From assembly GCA_965202585.1 (NCBI GenBank), contig OZ241832.1, positions 18,662,001 through 18,726,000 on the forward strand: a DNA stretch of 64,000 nucleotides, in the 5' to 3' direction. A model generated the notes under the pieces. That model did no database searches and was not told the DNA's origin. It saw nothing but the letters and a program-made list of their open reading frames with translations. Source of the DNA: Thalia democratica. Taxonomy: Eukaryota. Each line of letters begins with the position of its first letter. Position 1 is the first letter of the stretch. Positions 11,983 through 23,800 of this stretch are shown here, piece after piece. The position numbers and the translations under genes are program-made.

Positions 11983-14112
11983 ATGACCCACAGCAGCGAT
12001 GAATTAATTTTAATCGATTTTAAGCACTCCCTAAAAACCATCCCAATCACCAACAAGACTCTATTCATGACCAAAATGTACCACCAAACGGCAAAGTTCA
12101 TCAACAGGATGCGATGGAAAGTTTTCTTTCTCGACAGAGACGAAGCAACCCAACCACCTGATGAATTTGCCAATATTTACAACAGCCGAAGATCAGCACC
12201 TGAATCAGACAAACTCAAAGCCTTTGAAAACGACCTATACGAAATCATCAGAAACCTCAAGTTCTCAAAATTTAGATCAAAGTACCAAAAGACTCTAAAC
12301 AAAGACATAAAAAAGCTACTAAATAAGAAAATGATTATAGTCTTTTCAGATAAAACATCAAACTTATACTATATGAATGCAAATAAATACAAGAAGCTAA
12401 TGAAAAATAGCATAACTAGCGAATATTCAATTGACAACGAAAATACCATTAATGACATTAACAACGAAGCAGCACAAATCCTAAGTAAACAAATGAGCTT
12501 AAAGAACAAAAAAGTTCCAAAATATGAAGTCAATGAAGCATTCCTTTCTATCAAAGACCATAAAGCGAACTTTCCACACGATATCAACTGTAGAATAATT
12601 AATTCATCTAAAACCCACTTAGGCAAACTGTCAAGAACCATCCTACAAAAACACATAACAACCATAAGAAAAAAATCCATGCTTAGCCAATGGAAAAACT
12701 CTGGAGAAGTGATAGATTGGTTCGAAAAAATCAACAACAAAAACCACAAATGCTTCGTTAATTTTGACATTAAGAACTTCTACCCAACTATTAAAAGAAA
12801 GCACTTAATAGATGCAATCAACTTTTCCAACTCTTATTCAAGGTTCACAGAGTTTGAGATAGAGACTATTTTACACACATGCAAATCAGTAATGTTTTAC
12901 GATAATAATATGTGGAAAAAAACCAACTCCAATGACAACTTCGACGTACCTATGGGATCATTTCACGGCGCCGAAATATGTGACCTTGTAGGTTTATACC
13001 TATTACACCATCTGTCTACGATTATAAACATTGAGTCAATTGGACTCTACAGAGATGATGGACTTGCCGTTATCAATCAAACAAATAAGAGTAATATTTG
13101 CAAAATAAAAAACAAAATTACAAAAAAACTAGCAGACATAGGATTCGACATTACAATTAGTGCAGGTGAAACCTCCACCAACTTCTTAGACATACATTTA
13201 AACCTCCTAACTGATGATTATTGCCCATATGTAAAGCCAAACGCAAAGACCATCTATATTGACAAAGATTCTAACCATCCTAGAACAATTAAGAAAAATA
13301 TACCAAAAATGATCGAAAATAGAATTTCAAAACTAACAAAAAGCAAAGAATCATTTGATAACGCGAAACAAATCTACCAAAACGCTTTAAGCAAAAGCAA
13401 CTTCCATCATAAGCTCGAATATAACCCAACAACTAATAACAACAAAGCAAAAAACAGAAAAAGAAAATGTATATTTTACAACCCACCTTTCTGTGAATCA
13501 GTGAAAACCAAATTCGGAAACCTCTTTTTAAAACTGCTTGACAAGCACTTCCCACAATCAACAGAATTACACAAAATCTTCAATAGAAGTTCCACCAAGA
13601 TATCATACTGCTGTTCCCCAAACATTAAAGCACTAATAAGTGGACATAATAAGAAACTGCTAGAAAAACCACAAATAGAACCGAAGCTATGCAACTGCAG
13701 AAACAGAGAGCAATGTCCAGTAATGAATAAATGTAAATTAGAAAATGTAATATACGAAGCAATCGTCTCATCTGAGAAAAATAAGAGAATGTCATATATT
13801 GGATCCACCCGAAGAGCATTCAAAAACAGATTGTACGAACATAGAGTATCATTTCCAAAACCAAACAAGAAGAAACCCGCCAACTGTACACAACTCGCCA
13901 ACTACATGTGGAAATTATATGAAAAAGGCGAGAAACCCACTATTGAATGGAAAATTCTCCGACAGACAAAAAGCAGATTTAAACCAAACTTCATGTGCTC
14001 GATATGTAACCTTGAAAGACTGTTTATAGCAAATGCTAACCAGAGAAAAATACTTAATAAAAGAAATGAACTAGTCACGCAATGCCCTCATTACCCTAAG
14101 GAATACTTTTAG
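11983..14112 (+). CDS. Penelope-like RT-GIY-YIG polyprotein, copy 2 (709 aa from the first ATG)
   Basis: RT motifs FVNFDIKNFYPTI, VPMGSFHG, LYRDDGL and NFLDIHL; Cys-rich linker CNCRNREQCPVMNKC; GIY-YIG as VIYEAIV...SYIGSTRRAFKNRLYEH; C-terminal CSICNLE...LNKRNEL...CPH. The first in-frame ATG is 11983; the ORF-track start at 11929 is TTG. Confidence 0.95.
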   Translation: MTHSSDELILIDFKHSLKTIPITNKTLFMTKMYHQTAKFINRMRWKVFFLDRDEATQPPDEFANIYNSRRSAPESDKLKAFENDLYEIIRNLKFSKFRSKYQKTLNKDIKKLLNKKMIIVFSDKTSNLYYMNANKYKKLMKNSITSEYSIDNENTINDINNEAAQILSKQMSLKNKKVPKYEVNEAFLSIKDHKANFPHDINCRIINSSKTHLGKLSRTILQKHITTIRKKSMLSQWKNSGEVIDWFEKINNKNHKCFVNFDIKNFYPTIKRKHLIDAINFSNSYSRFTEFEIETILHTCKSVMFYDNNMWKKTNSNDNFDVPMGSFHGAEICDLVGLYLLHHLSTIINIESIGLYRDDGLAVINQTNKSNICKIKNKITKKLADIGFDITISAGETSTNFLDIHLNLLTDDYCPYVKPNAKTIYIDKDSNHPRTIKKNIPKMIENRISKLTKSKESFDNAKQIYQNALSKSNFHHKLEYNPTTNNNKAKNRKRKCIFYNPPFCESVKTKFGNLFLKLLDKHFPQSTELHKIFNRSSTKISYCCSPNIKALISGHNKKLLEKPQIEPKLCNCRNREQCPVMNKCKLENVIYEAIVSSEKNKRMSYIGSTRRAFKNRLYEHRVSFPKPNKKKPANCTQLANYMWKLYEKGEKPTIEWKILRQTKSRFKPNFMCSICNLERLFIANANQRKILNKRNELVTQCPHYPKEYF

Positions 14113-14550
14113 TTTATTTTTTATCGCATTAACTTAGTTTATTTAGCTTATTTCATTCTATTTAATTATATTGTTACTTTGTATTTATGTTTGTATTGTA
14201 TAAAGATTTTGTTTTAAAGTTACAACATTCCCGTAAAAAGACCATTTCTGTTTTCTAAAAATCCCCTACAAATCTTAGTATTTACATTTTTTCAAAATCC
14301 TAATATATTAAATGCTTAGTAAATAAATAAATTTTCTAAATATATAAAATCTATAGTTAATAAATTATTTAAACTAAACTTACCTATATTTCATTTTAAT
14401 TTAACTTAACTTTAAAATTTAACTTTTGTAAACCACATATTATTTAAAACTCATATTTCAAATGTAAATATTATTTTCATTTATATATTATGTGTGTATT
14501 TTTATTTTCCAATTCATCGCCCTGTATACTTTTGTTTTCAGCTTTTTTTA

Positions 14551-14589
14551 GCGTCTGATGAACTGCTCTGCAGGGAAACGGCGTAACGC
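14551..14589 (+). ncRNA. Minimal type I hammerhead ribozyme motif (unit 2/3 spacer)
   Basis: Identical to 11816-11854, offset by 2735 bp. Confidence 0.82.
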
Positions 14590-14717
14590 AATAAAAGTTT
14601 AACAATAAGTTTATATAATTCATATCTCCCACCAAGGATTGATAACTCTGTCTAGTTCTGTTTTTGTATCAAAAAAGCCTTTGCTCACTACTGGTTGGAG
14701 CACTCTTAAACTGCAGC

Positions 14718-16847
14718 ATGACCCACAGCAGCGATGAATTAATTTTAATCGATTTTAAGCACTCCCTAAAAACCATCCCAATCACCAACAAGACTCTATT
14801 CATGACCAAAATGTACCACCAAACGGCAAAGTTCATCAACAGGATGCGATGGAAAGTTTTCTTTCTCGACAGAGACGAAGCAACCCAACCACCTGATGAA
14901 TTTGCCAATATTTACAACAGCCGAAGATCAGCACCTGAATCAGACAAACTCAAAGCCTTTGAAAACGACCTATACGAAATCATCAGAAACCTCAAGTTCT
15001 CAAAATTTAGATCAAAGTACCAAAAGACTCTAAACAAAGACATAAAAAAGCTACTAAATAAGAAAATGATTATAGTCTTTTCAGATAAAACATCAAACTT
15101 ATACTATATGAATGCAAATAAATACAAGAAGCTAATGAAAAATAGCATAACTAGCGAATATTCAATTGACAACGAAAATACCATTAATGACATTAACAAC
15201 GAAGCAGCACAAATCTTAAGTAAACAAATGAGCTTAAAGAACAAAAAAGTTCCAAAATATGAAGTCAATGAAGCATTCCTTTCTATCAAAGACCATAAAG
15301 CGAACTTTCCACACGATATCAACTGTAGAATAATTAATTCATCTAAAACCCACTTAGGCAAACTGTCAAGAACCATCCTACAAAAACACATAACAACCAT
15401 AAGAAAAAAATCCATGCTTAGCCAATGGAAAAACTCTGGAGAAGTGATAGATTGGTTCGAAAAAATCAACAACAAAAACCACAAATGCTTCGTTAATTTT
15501 GACATTAAGAACTTCTACCCAACTATTAAAAGAAAGCACTTAATAGATGCAATCAACTTTTCCAACTCTTATTCAAGGTTCACAGAGTTTGAGATAGAGA
15601 CTATTTTACACACATGCAAATCAGTAATGTTTTACGATAATAATATGTGGAAAAAAACCAACTCCAATGACAACTTCGACGTACCTATGGGATCATTTCA
15701 CGGCGCCGAAATATGTGACCTTGTAGGTTTATACCTATTACACCATCTGTCTACGATTATAAACATTGAGTCAATTGGACTCTACAGAGATGATGGACTT
15801 GCCGTTATCAATCAAACAAATAAGAGTAATATTTGCAAAATAAAAAACAAAATTACAAAAAAACTAGCAGACATAGGATTCGACATTACAATTAGTGCAG
15901 GTGAAACCTCCACCAATTTCTTAGACATACATTTAAACCTCCTAACTGATGATTATTGCCCATATGTAAAGCCAAACGCAAAGACCATCTATATTGACAA
16001 AGATTCTAACCATCCTAGAACAATTAAGAAAAATATACCAAAAATGATCGAAAATAGAATTTCAAAACTAACAAAAAGCAAAGAATCATTTGATAACGCG
16101 AAACAAATCTACCAAAACGCTTTAAGCAAAAGCAACTTCCATCATAAGCTCGAATATAACCCAACAACTAATAACAACAAAGCAAAAAACAGAAAAAGAA
16201 AATGTATATTTTACAACCCACCTTTCTGTGAATCAGTGAAAACCAAATTCGGAAACCTCTTTTTAAAACTGCTTGACAAGCACTTCCCACAATCAACAGA
16301 ATTACACAAAATCTTCAATAGAAGTTCCACCAAGATATCATACTGCTGTTCCCCAAACATTAAAGCACTAATAAGTGGACATAATAAGAAACTGCTAGAA
16401 AAACCACAAATAGAACCGAAGCTATGCAACTGCAGAAACAGAGAGCAATGTCCAGTAATGAATAAATGTAAATTAGAAAATGTAATATACGAAGCAATCG
16501 TCTCATCTGAGAAAAATAAGAGAATGTCATATATTGGATCCACCCGAAGAGCATTCAAAAACAGATTGTACGAACATAGAGTATCATTTCCAAAACCAAA
16601 CAAGAAGAAACCCGCCAACTGTACACAACTCGCCAACTACATGTGGAAATTATATGAAAAAGGCGAGAAACCCACTATTGAATGGAAAATTCTCCGACAG
16701 ACAAAAAGCAGATTTAAACCAAACTTCATGTGCTCGATATGTAACCTTGAAAGACTGTTTATAGCAAATGCTAACCAGAGAAAAATACTTAATAAAAGAA
16801 ATGAACTAGTCACGCAATGCCCTCATTACCCTAAGGAATACTTTTAG
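14718..16847 (+). CDS. Penelope-like RT-GIY-YIG polyprotein, copy 3 (709 aa from the first ATG)
   Basis: Same protein as copy 2. Two synonymous C>T differences were seen, at 15216 and 15917. Confidence 0.95.
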   Translation: MTHSSDELILIDFKHSLKTIPITNKTLFMTKMYHQTAKFINRMRWKVFFLDRDEATQPPDEFANIYNSRRSAPESDKLKAFENDLYEIIRNLKFSKFRSKYQKTLNKDIKKLLNKKMIIVFSDKTSNLYYMNANKYKKLMKNSITSEYSIDNENTINDINNEAAQILSKQMSLKNKKVPKYEVNEAFLSIKDHKANFPHDINCRIINSSKTHLGKLSRTILQKHITTIRKKSMLSQWKNSGEVIDWFEKINNKNHKCFVNFDIKNFYPTIKRKHLIDAINFSNSYSRFTEFEIETILHTCKSVMFYDNNMWKKTNSNDNFDVPMGSFHGAEICDLVGLYLLHHLSTIINIESIGLYRDDGLAVINQTNKSNICKIKNKITKKLADIGFDITISAGETSTNFLDIHLNLLTDDYCPYVKPNAKTIYIDKDSNHPRTIKKNIPKMIENRISKLTKSKESFDNAKQIYQNALSKSNFHHKLEYNPTTNNNKAKNRKRKCIFYNPPFCESVKTKFGNLFLKLLDKHFPQSTELHKIFNRSSTKISYCCSPNIKALISGHNKKLLEKPQIEPKLCNCRNREQCPVMNKCKLENVIYEAIVSSEKNKRMSYIGSTRRAFKNRLYEHRVSFPKPNKKKPANCTQLANYMWKLYEKGEKPTIEWKILRQTKSRFKPNFMCSICNLERLFIANANQRKILNKRNELVTQCPHYPKEYF

Positions 16848-17285
16848 TTTATTTTTTATCGCATTAACTTAGTTTATTTAGCTTATTTCATTCTATTTAA
16901 TTATATTGTTACTTTGTATTTATGTTTGTATTGTATAAAGATTTTGTTTTAAAGTTACAACATTCCCGTAAAAAGACCATTTCTGTTTTCTAAAAATCCC
17001 CTACAAATCTTAGTATTTACATTTTTTCAAAATCCTAATATATTAAATGCTTAGTAAATAAATAAATTTTCTAAATATATAAAATCTATAGTTAATAAAT
17101 TATTTAAACTAAACTTACCTATATTTCATTTTAATTTAACTTAACTTTAAAATTTAACTTTTGTAAACCACATATTATTTAAAACTCATATTTCAAATGT
17201 AAATATTATTTTCATTTATATATTATGTGTGTATTTTTATTTTCCAATTCATCGCCCTGTATACTTTTGTTTTCAGCTTTTTTTA

Positions 17286-17324
17286 GCGTCTGATGAACTG
17301 CTCTGCAGGGAAACGGCGTAACGC
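17286..17324 (+). ncRNA. Minimal type I hammerhead ribozyme motif (3' terminal copy)
   Basis: Identical to 11816-11854, offset by 5470 bp. Confidence 0.82.
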
Positions 17325-17412
17325 AATAAAAGTTTAACAATAAGTTTATATAATTCATATCTCCCACCAAGGATTGATAACTCTGTCTAGTTCTGTTTTT
17401 GTATCAAAAAAG

Positions 17413-17425
17413 CATTTAATTATTT
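17413..17425 (+). repeat. Right target-site duplication CATTTAATTATTT of the Penelope array
   Basis: Matches 9123-9135. The downstream sequence CATAAAATCAAATATTTTGAC resumes as in the empty paralog. Confidence 0.92.
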
Positions 17426-18764
17426 CATAAAATCAAATATTTTGACTTAAAAAATATTTAATAATTTTGCTAAATCTGTCATAGGAAAAAAAATGCTAAG
17501 TAATTTTTGTGACATTATGTTCTTTTTTATTCTAAAGCTGAAGTAAGTGAACTTGTTATTTCTTAATTGTATTAAAATAAACATTTTTGACCCATAACAA
17601 AAATCTAGATAAATTAATAAAGTTTTAAAAAATGATATTTTATTTTTTTTAAACATTATTTGTTGTTATTGTAATTTGATTCGTACAAAGGAGATATAAA
17701 TTTTGAATATAACTCAGCAGCATAAATTGTTATTTTAGAATTTTCAAGATACCATTTGTTTATAATTTTAAATAAAAAAAAGATTTTTTTAATAGTTTTT
17801 AATTTTTGAAGTATTTAGTAAATTATTCTATTCATAATTATAGTCAAATATTTCTTGATCCATAACAAAAACATTACAAAATTAGTCAAACTTTATAATT
17901 TTTTTTTGAAGCTTGATAGATTTTATCTTTTTGTACAAGACATTGTTCAGCTCAAAATTAAATTGTAGATATTTTAAGATAATTTAGAAGCAGGAGTTAA
18001 ATTCTTCCTGTATTTTGGAAATATCCTTGTTTTAAAATCTTAATAAAAAATTTATTATAAAAAATTATTAGTTTTGAAAACTTGGTAAGTTGTTCTGCAG
18101 TTATGTTATTAATTGGTCTGAATAAGAAAATTGTATAATTATTTGTTATGTTATGACACAAGAACTTAAAAGTTAGTTGAACGGGATTAGTAAAAATTAT
18201 TATTAAACTATTTTCACTTAATATTACTTGTACTACATATATGTTTGAGTTGTTTGAGTTTTTTATTGAAGACTTTTAAATTACTTAGTAAGTTTGTTTA
18301 AAAAGTTTGAACGTATTAATTATTTTTGTATTATTTTTTATTAGTCTGTTATCTTAAACAGAAGAACATTCAACCAAGTAGTAAATAAAAACTTGTTAAG
18401 TAATAAAGTTTTAAAGCATTTTTCTAATAACAAAATGTTCATGTAATTTATTTATTCTAAAGCAATTTAATAATAGTGTAAAATCAATTTGAGTTAGTAG
18501 TTTTTTTTTTATCTCAACAAATTTGTTTCATTTTATTTAATTGAATTTTACTAACTTGTTAAAGTTATACTGTTGTAGTAATTTTTATAGTGTAAAACTG
18601 CACGATAAATAATGTATAGGTATTAGGTTTTAAGTTAAAAATTATAAAACAATATAGATTTTTTTTAATTTGTAAGTAATTTGTTTTTTTTTTAAGTTAA
18701 TATTAAAAGTTTATTTTTAATAGGTTTATAATTTAAATATAGTATATCTTCAACTGTCAACATT

Positions 18765-20861
18765 ATGGAATTTATAAACAATCTAGATAAAGGCAAGTTT
18801 CCTTATACAAGTTTTTATTTCTAATTTGTCATATATAAAACTGATTAAAGCTGTAATGTTATTATAGTAGTTGCTTTTTATATTTATTACGATTTATGAA
18901 AAAGTTAGTTTTAAAACAGCAGCTATTGTTTTAATAAAGTTTTAAAGTTTTAGTTAAATGTTATAATAGTTTTGAATTTATTATAATTAGAAAAAGATGT
19001 GTAGTCTTTTGATAAACTTAATCAATGTAAAAACAAAAAGTTTTAGAACAACTATTGATTAATTATTTTATAAATTACTTATAATTTTTATAGATGTTTC
19101 TAACAAAGCTAATTTACTACTTTCCAATTTGAAAGAGATATTTGAGAAATTGCAATATGAAAAAAACTACTTCAAAACTCAAGTAGAAAAACTGCACTAT
19201 GAGAAGAATCAATTAGCTATTTCAAATAAAAGTCTTTCAAAAAAAGTTGATTCACTTCAAAAAGAGTTAAAAAGAAAAACTTTTCCGTTAGTATATATTG
19301 TTTATTGAACCATTTAACAGCGCTCAAACATTTTGGTCTAAGGACTTGGTGTACTAAGAAACCTTTCGGTTATCAAGTAGTACACCGCAATATAATTATT
19401 TTATAAATAAATTTATGATCATGAGTACATGTAATTCTTAGAACATTAATATGTGTATTTTAAACTAAAAACAATTAGGTTTTTCTTACGTTATGAAAAA
19501 TAAAGTTCAATTATAAAATGATTCAATATATATTTTTAGTGAGAATAAATACAATAACCAAGTTAAATCAGATAAAACGGAGTTTTTATCTACTAATGTT
19601 GAGTTTGTTGATATTTTTGACAAACCTGTTATTTCTCCAAGCAGTAAGTTGTAAACTAATAAATTAAATGAGATATTTAATTTTATTTAAACTAAATTAT
19701 TAGTGTCAATTGTTTGTTTAAGTAACTATTTTTACAGTTTATTTTTTTTTTGTTACAGAAATAATCCTCGGAAGGACTGACAAAATTTTAACAAAATAAT
19801 ATTAATAAAAATTTTAATTGTGTTTATAAACTCCTAATTATTATAAACCTATCTTTAGTTATAAAAGTAAATTTAATAAAACATTCAGTAATACTGATTG
19901 GTCTTAAAATCTTGAAAAACAATTTACTTCGCAGAATATACAAAACAACAAAACCAAAATAGAAAATTGATGAAATCTAGTGACCAACTTGGAAGCTCTT
20001 CTCAATCTAATAGTAGTGAGTATGTTTCTAAAACGATCACTGTTTAACAACTGTTTTCTTAGTTTATAAAGTATATATTTTAAAACATTTTTGATCACTA
20101 AAGTATACCAAATTATTTAGTATATTTTAAATTACTAGTTTTAGTTATAAGTTGAAATTTTGTTCCTTCCATTTTATTCTACATTGTGTTAATTATATTA
20201 CTACTAAACAAATTTTGAATAATTAAACGACTTTAATTTTATATTACTGATTGTTTATTAAACTTTTAAATTAGAACTATATCTATAAACCATTATTATT
20301 TTTTAAATATAAAAGAAAAAATTTTTTTAAGAACTTAAATTTCTAATGCATTCTTAGAATTTAGATTAAAACGATAGTTATAACTTATCAGAACTTGATA
20401 CTTTTTTTGCTATGTTAGTGTTGATTTTTTATTTCAATACAACAGAAAAACATTTTCAAGTAGGTCATGATCACCTTTATAATGAGAATTTGCTGAACAA
20501 ACAAATTAATGAACAAATAAATCGAAAAGTTTTAAATGCGATGTTTGTTTAAAAGTATTTCCAAGCAAATCAAAGTTAACACAACATTATAGAGTTCATA
20601 CTGGAGAAAAACCATTTACTTGTCAAATTTGTGATAAAAAATTTGCACGAAAATCTCACTTAGTTCAACATCAAGCTACTCACAGTGATGTTAAAAAATT
20701 TAAATGTTCTATTTGTCCAGAAGGTAGATTTTTTAAAACAAAATATCAATTAATCACATGGTTTATCATTATGAACCTAAATATTCTTGCAGTCATTGTG
20801 ATCATAAAAGCTATAGAAAGTGTGATTTATCAAAGCATGAAAAACTCATGCACAAAATTAA
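18765..20861 (+). pseudogene. Coiled-coil + 4x C2H2 gene B1: finger exon frameshifted, short finger-less isoform still open
   Basis: Exons 18765-18792 (GC donor), 19094-19286, 19540-19643, 19935-20015 and 20446-20861. The last exon has 1-bp and 4-bp deletions relative to B2. An alternative terminal exon at 19759-19799 gives an open 121-aa ORF. Confidence 0.78.
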
Positions 20862-23800
20862 GTCTTACCGCTAAATAAAATACTTTATGAATCAAACTAC
20901 TGGTTAAATACTTCTTTTATAAAATAAAACTAATATTATTAGACTTCATTCAAGTATGGCTGCATTAAAGTAATGTTCATCAGTGATTCTTATTAGCAGA
21001 ACTAGTATGTATTTAAAAAAAAAATTAATACTACTATACAACTTACTACTTTACTGCTAACACTTTTTACTTTTATCAATTTAAGATAAATTGGATGTGT
21101 GCTTTAAGTTCTTATGAATTAAAGGTGTGAAAAGAATATTATATATAGACATATATACATATAATACTTATATAACATATATAACTTTATGAAGAAACAT
21201 ATATACATATATTTCTTCATAAAGTTTTTTTTTTAAGTTTTATTTATGCACAAATAATTAATTAAGTTCTATCTTTTGCACTTAAAACGTTTGGATTTAT
21301 TAAATTTTATTGCAGAAATATTATTTTGAAAAGTTTCTAGTTAAAATAACTTTTAAACTTTTAAACAGTTTGTTTCATTATTTATTTATTCATTTAATAT
21401 TTCTTTTTTTCTGAATTATAACTACTAGTTTTTATTTTGATTAAACACAATTTCTTAAATGTACGTTTGAATAGGTTACTTTTTGATCTTAATAAAAGTG
21501 CTTGATTTTTTTATGCACACAAATAATTTTACTTGTTGAGGACTATGTACAGAAACATTTATTTCTTTTATTGAAAAGAGTTTGTGTGTTTTGTTGTTTT
21601 AATTTAATTTAGAGAGTTTCAATTATAGATCTTACTAATAATAAATTATTTCACTCAACAATAATCAATAATGTATTTTGTAAGTCAATTAGATTAAAGT
21701 AAGCTTTATTATTCGATTTATTTTGAAGTTTTTGTTAATATTTTAAAATTAAAAAATTAAAATTATTTATACTTGTCAATTTCACTTTAATTTTAAAGCT
21801 TTTTACATAAAATAACTAACATGTACAAATTTTGATTTTTTAAGAACTTAAACGTTTTCTGTTTTAGAACTGTTTTTTTTTTATTAATCTTTATGCCATT
21901 GTTAGAAAGATGTTAAATCGAAAAATTATAGTTTAAGATAGCAATGTAGATGTGTTTTTAATACGTATATATTTTTTTAATTGTCAAGTGTTTACTGCTA
22001 ACACAAAATTTAATTGTAAAAAATATTCAAAGTCATTAGATTCAGAAATATTTCAAATAGATAATTAAAATATAGTATGAAAATATTTAATATCAACGTA
22101 TAAATATTTAACAAATACTTTTAATTGTTTAAAATTTTTTTTTAGTTATGCAGATTATTAACGTCAAACTATTTTGATACTTAGAAATTTGAAAGGATTA
22201 ATTGAGAATATACAATAAAATGTATATTAACCTGAAAAAACTAGTAGGAACATAACAAAATAAAAGTAAATACTTTACTATCTCTGATAAAACACTTTTT
22301 TATTTAATTATTGCAGAAAAATATAATTGAAATATCTTGGTATATAAAGTATAAACTTTGAAATAACATCGATTTAGATTTATTTCTCTAAACACTGTCG
22401 TTGTAAAATATTAAATTTTTAAACAATAAGAAAGTTTTTAATTTTGTATAAAATAATTACAAATATGTTTTAAATACAGTTTATATTTATCCTTTAAAGC
22501 AAAAGAACTCAAATTAAAAAGTCGATTCAAAATTGTTTATCACAAGTTCATTTCATATTAAAGTATCATTTACGAATGCAGAATATGAACAAAATTGTGA
22601 AAATATAAAAAGGTACTTTTTTTAAGTTTAATCAGTGAATTAAAGTTTATTTTTTGTAGAAATGTTAACTTTTAAAAATAAGTACAACCCATATTATTGT
22701 TACAGTTTTTTATATAATGCACAATAGTTTTTCAAAACTTTTTTTCATATAGATTTGTTATTGTCCTCTATCACTATAGTTATTATGTTTATGTTTTATA
22801 ACTTTATTTTAAATCTAAAAGTTTCTTTCCTTGGAGTTGTTTAAAATTTATCAAGGATCACTCTGAAAACGTTTTAAAACAATTGCTCAAAAGCTGAAAG
22901 AGGAGATATATATTAGTGTATTAGTCTACTTTAGCCCTTTTAGTTTCCGCTTCCCATAAAGGGCCAGTTAAATGCTTTAAATTCAATTGCTTATATTTCA
23001 AAAATTACTATGAGTTTAACAAGAAGTAAAAAGTAACAAAAAGCTTATCTAGTTATGTAAAAATAAATCTAAGTTTAAAAAAGTGTTTACTCTCTCCATA
23101 TGCCCTGGTTAGCTCAAGCTAATAGATATAAAATTAAAAAAAAAATCATAGAACAAACAAAACAAAAAAAAAATATTGGATAAGTTTAGTGAATAAATTG
23201 GTTGCTTGTCTGACAGTATAGTAATTGTTTCTAAATATACAGTTCTTTAAATAAAGGGTAGTGTTCTAGCACTTATGTTAGTTTTAGTAAAAAAAAAAAT
23301 TGTTTGTTAATAACTGCTAAGCTAGTATTTAATATACATTTTAAAGTTAGTTTTTACTTTGAGTTTTAATTGCTTTTTTAAAGTTTTTGTTAGAATTGGT
23401 TTTATACTTTGTAAATCTTAGATAGATGGTATGATATAAATTAATTTATATAAAAGTTCAGAAAAGTTTATACATGAATAAAAAACTAGAATATAAAAGC
23501 AAATAAAATGAACAATCTTTTTTTAAAAAATGAAGGTAAAATTATATAATATAAATTTAATATAAAAAAGTTATCTGCTTTGAATTAAAACTTGTTTTAG
23601 TTGTTCTACATCTTAAGTTTTAATTGAAATATTAAGTTAATATACAGATCTAAATTTAGCTCTAACTCAACCTAAGAGTAAGTATTTTGTTTATTGCAAT
23701 ATATTTTGTATATATATTTAACAATTTTAACCACAAGTTCAACTATCTAGTTTAATACCTTTGAACTTACTTAGTTTTGATTACAGTAGTAAAAATTTCA

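Larger units (their letters stand above)
9136..17412 (+). mobile_element. Penelope-like retroelement (C-terminal GIY-YIG type, possibly Nematis-like): inverted 5' segment plus about 2.95 head-to-tail 2735-bp units
   Basis: ORF stops at 11377, 14112 and 16847 give a period of exactly 2735 bp and the copies are nearly identical. The insertion is flanked by a 13-bp direct repeat and is absent from the paralogous sites at 29222 and 56020. Confidence 0.97.

Noticed and set aside
9166-16764. Antisense and alternate-frame ORFs inside the Penelope units (e.g. 9634..10035, 10741..11166, 11064..11294 and their repeats)
   Set aside because: These are shadows of the strongly A-rich sense ORF. They recur only because the unit is repeated and show no recognisable motifs.
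9314-16847. Prokaryotic RT system (retron, group II intron, DGR) or N-terminal-EN Naiad/Chlamys element
   Set aside because: The domain order is RT followed by a C-terminal GIY-YIG, with hammerheads, an inverted pseudo-LTR and a spliced eukaryotic context. This fits a canonical Penelope-like element.
20970-21000. TCATCAG (minus-strand CTGATGA) as a further hammerhead
   Set aside because: There is no properly placed GAAA, stem II or NUH site.
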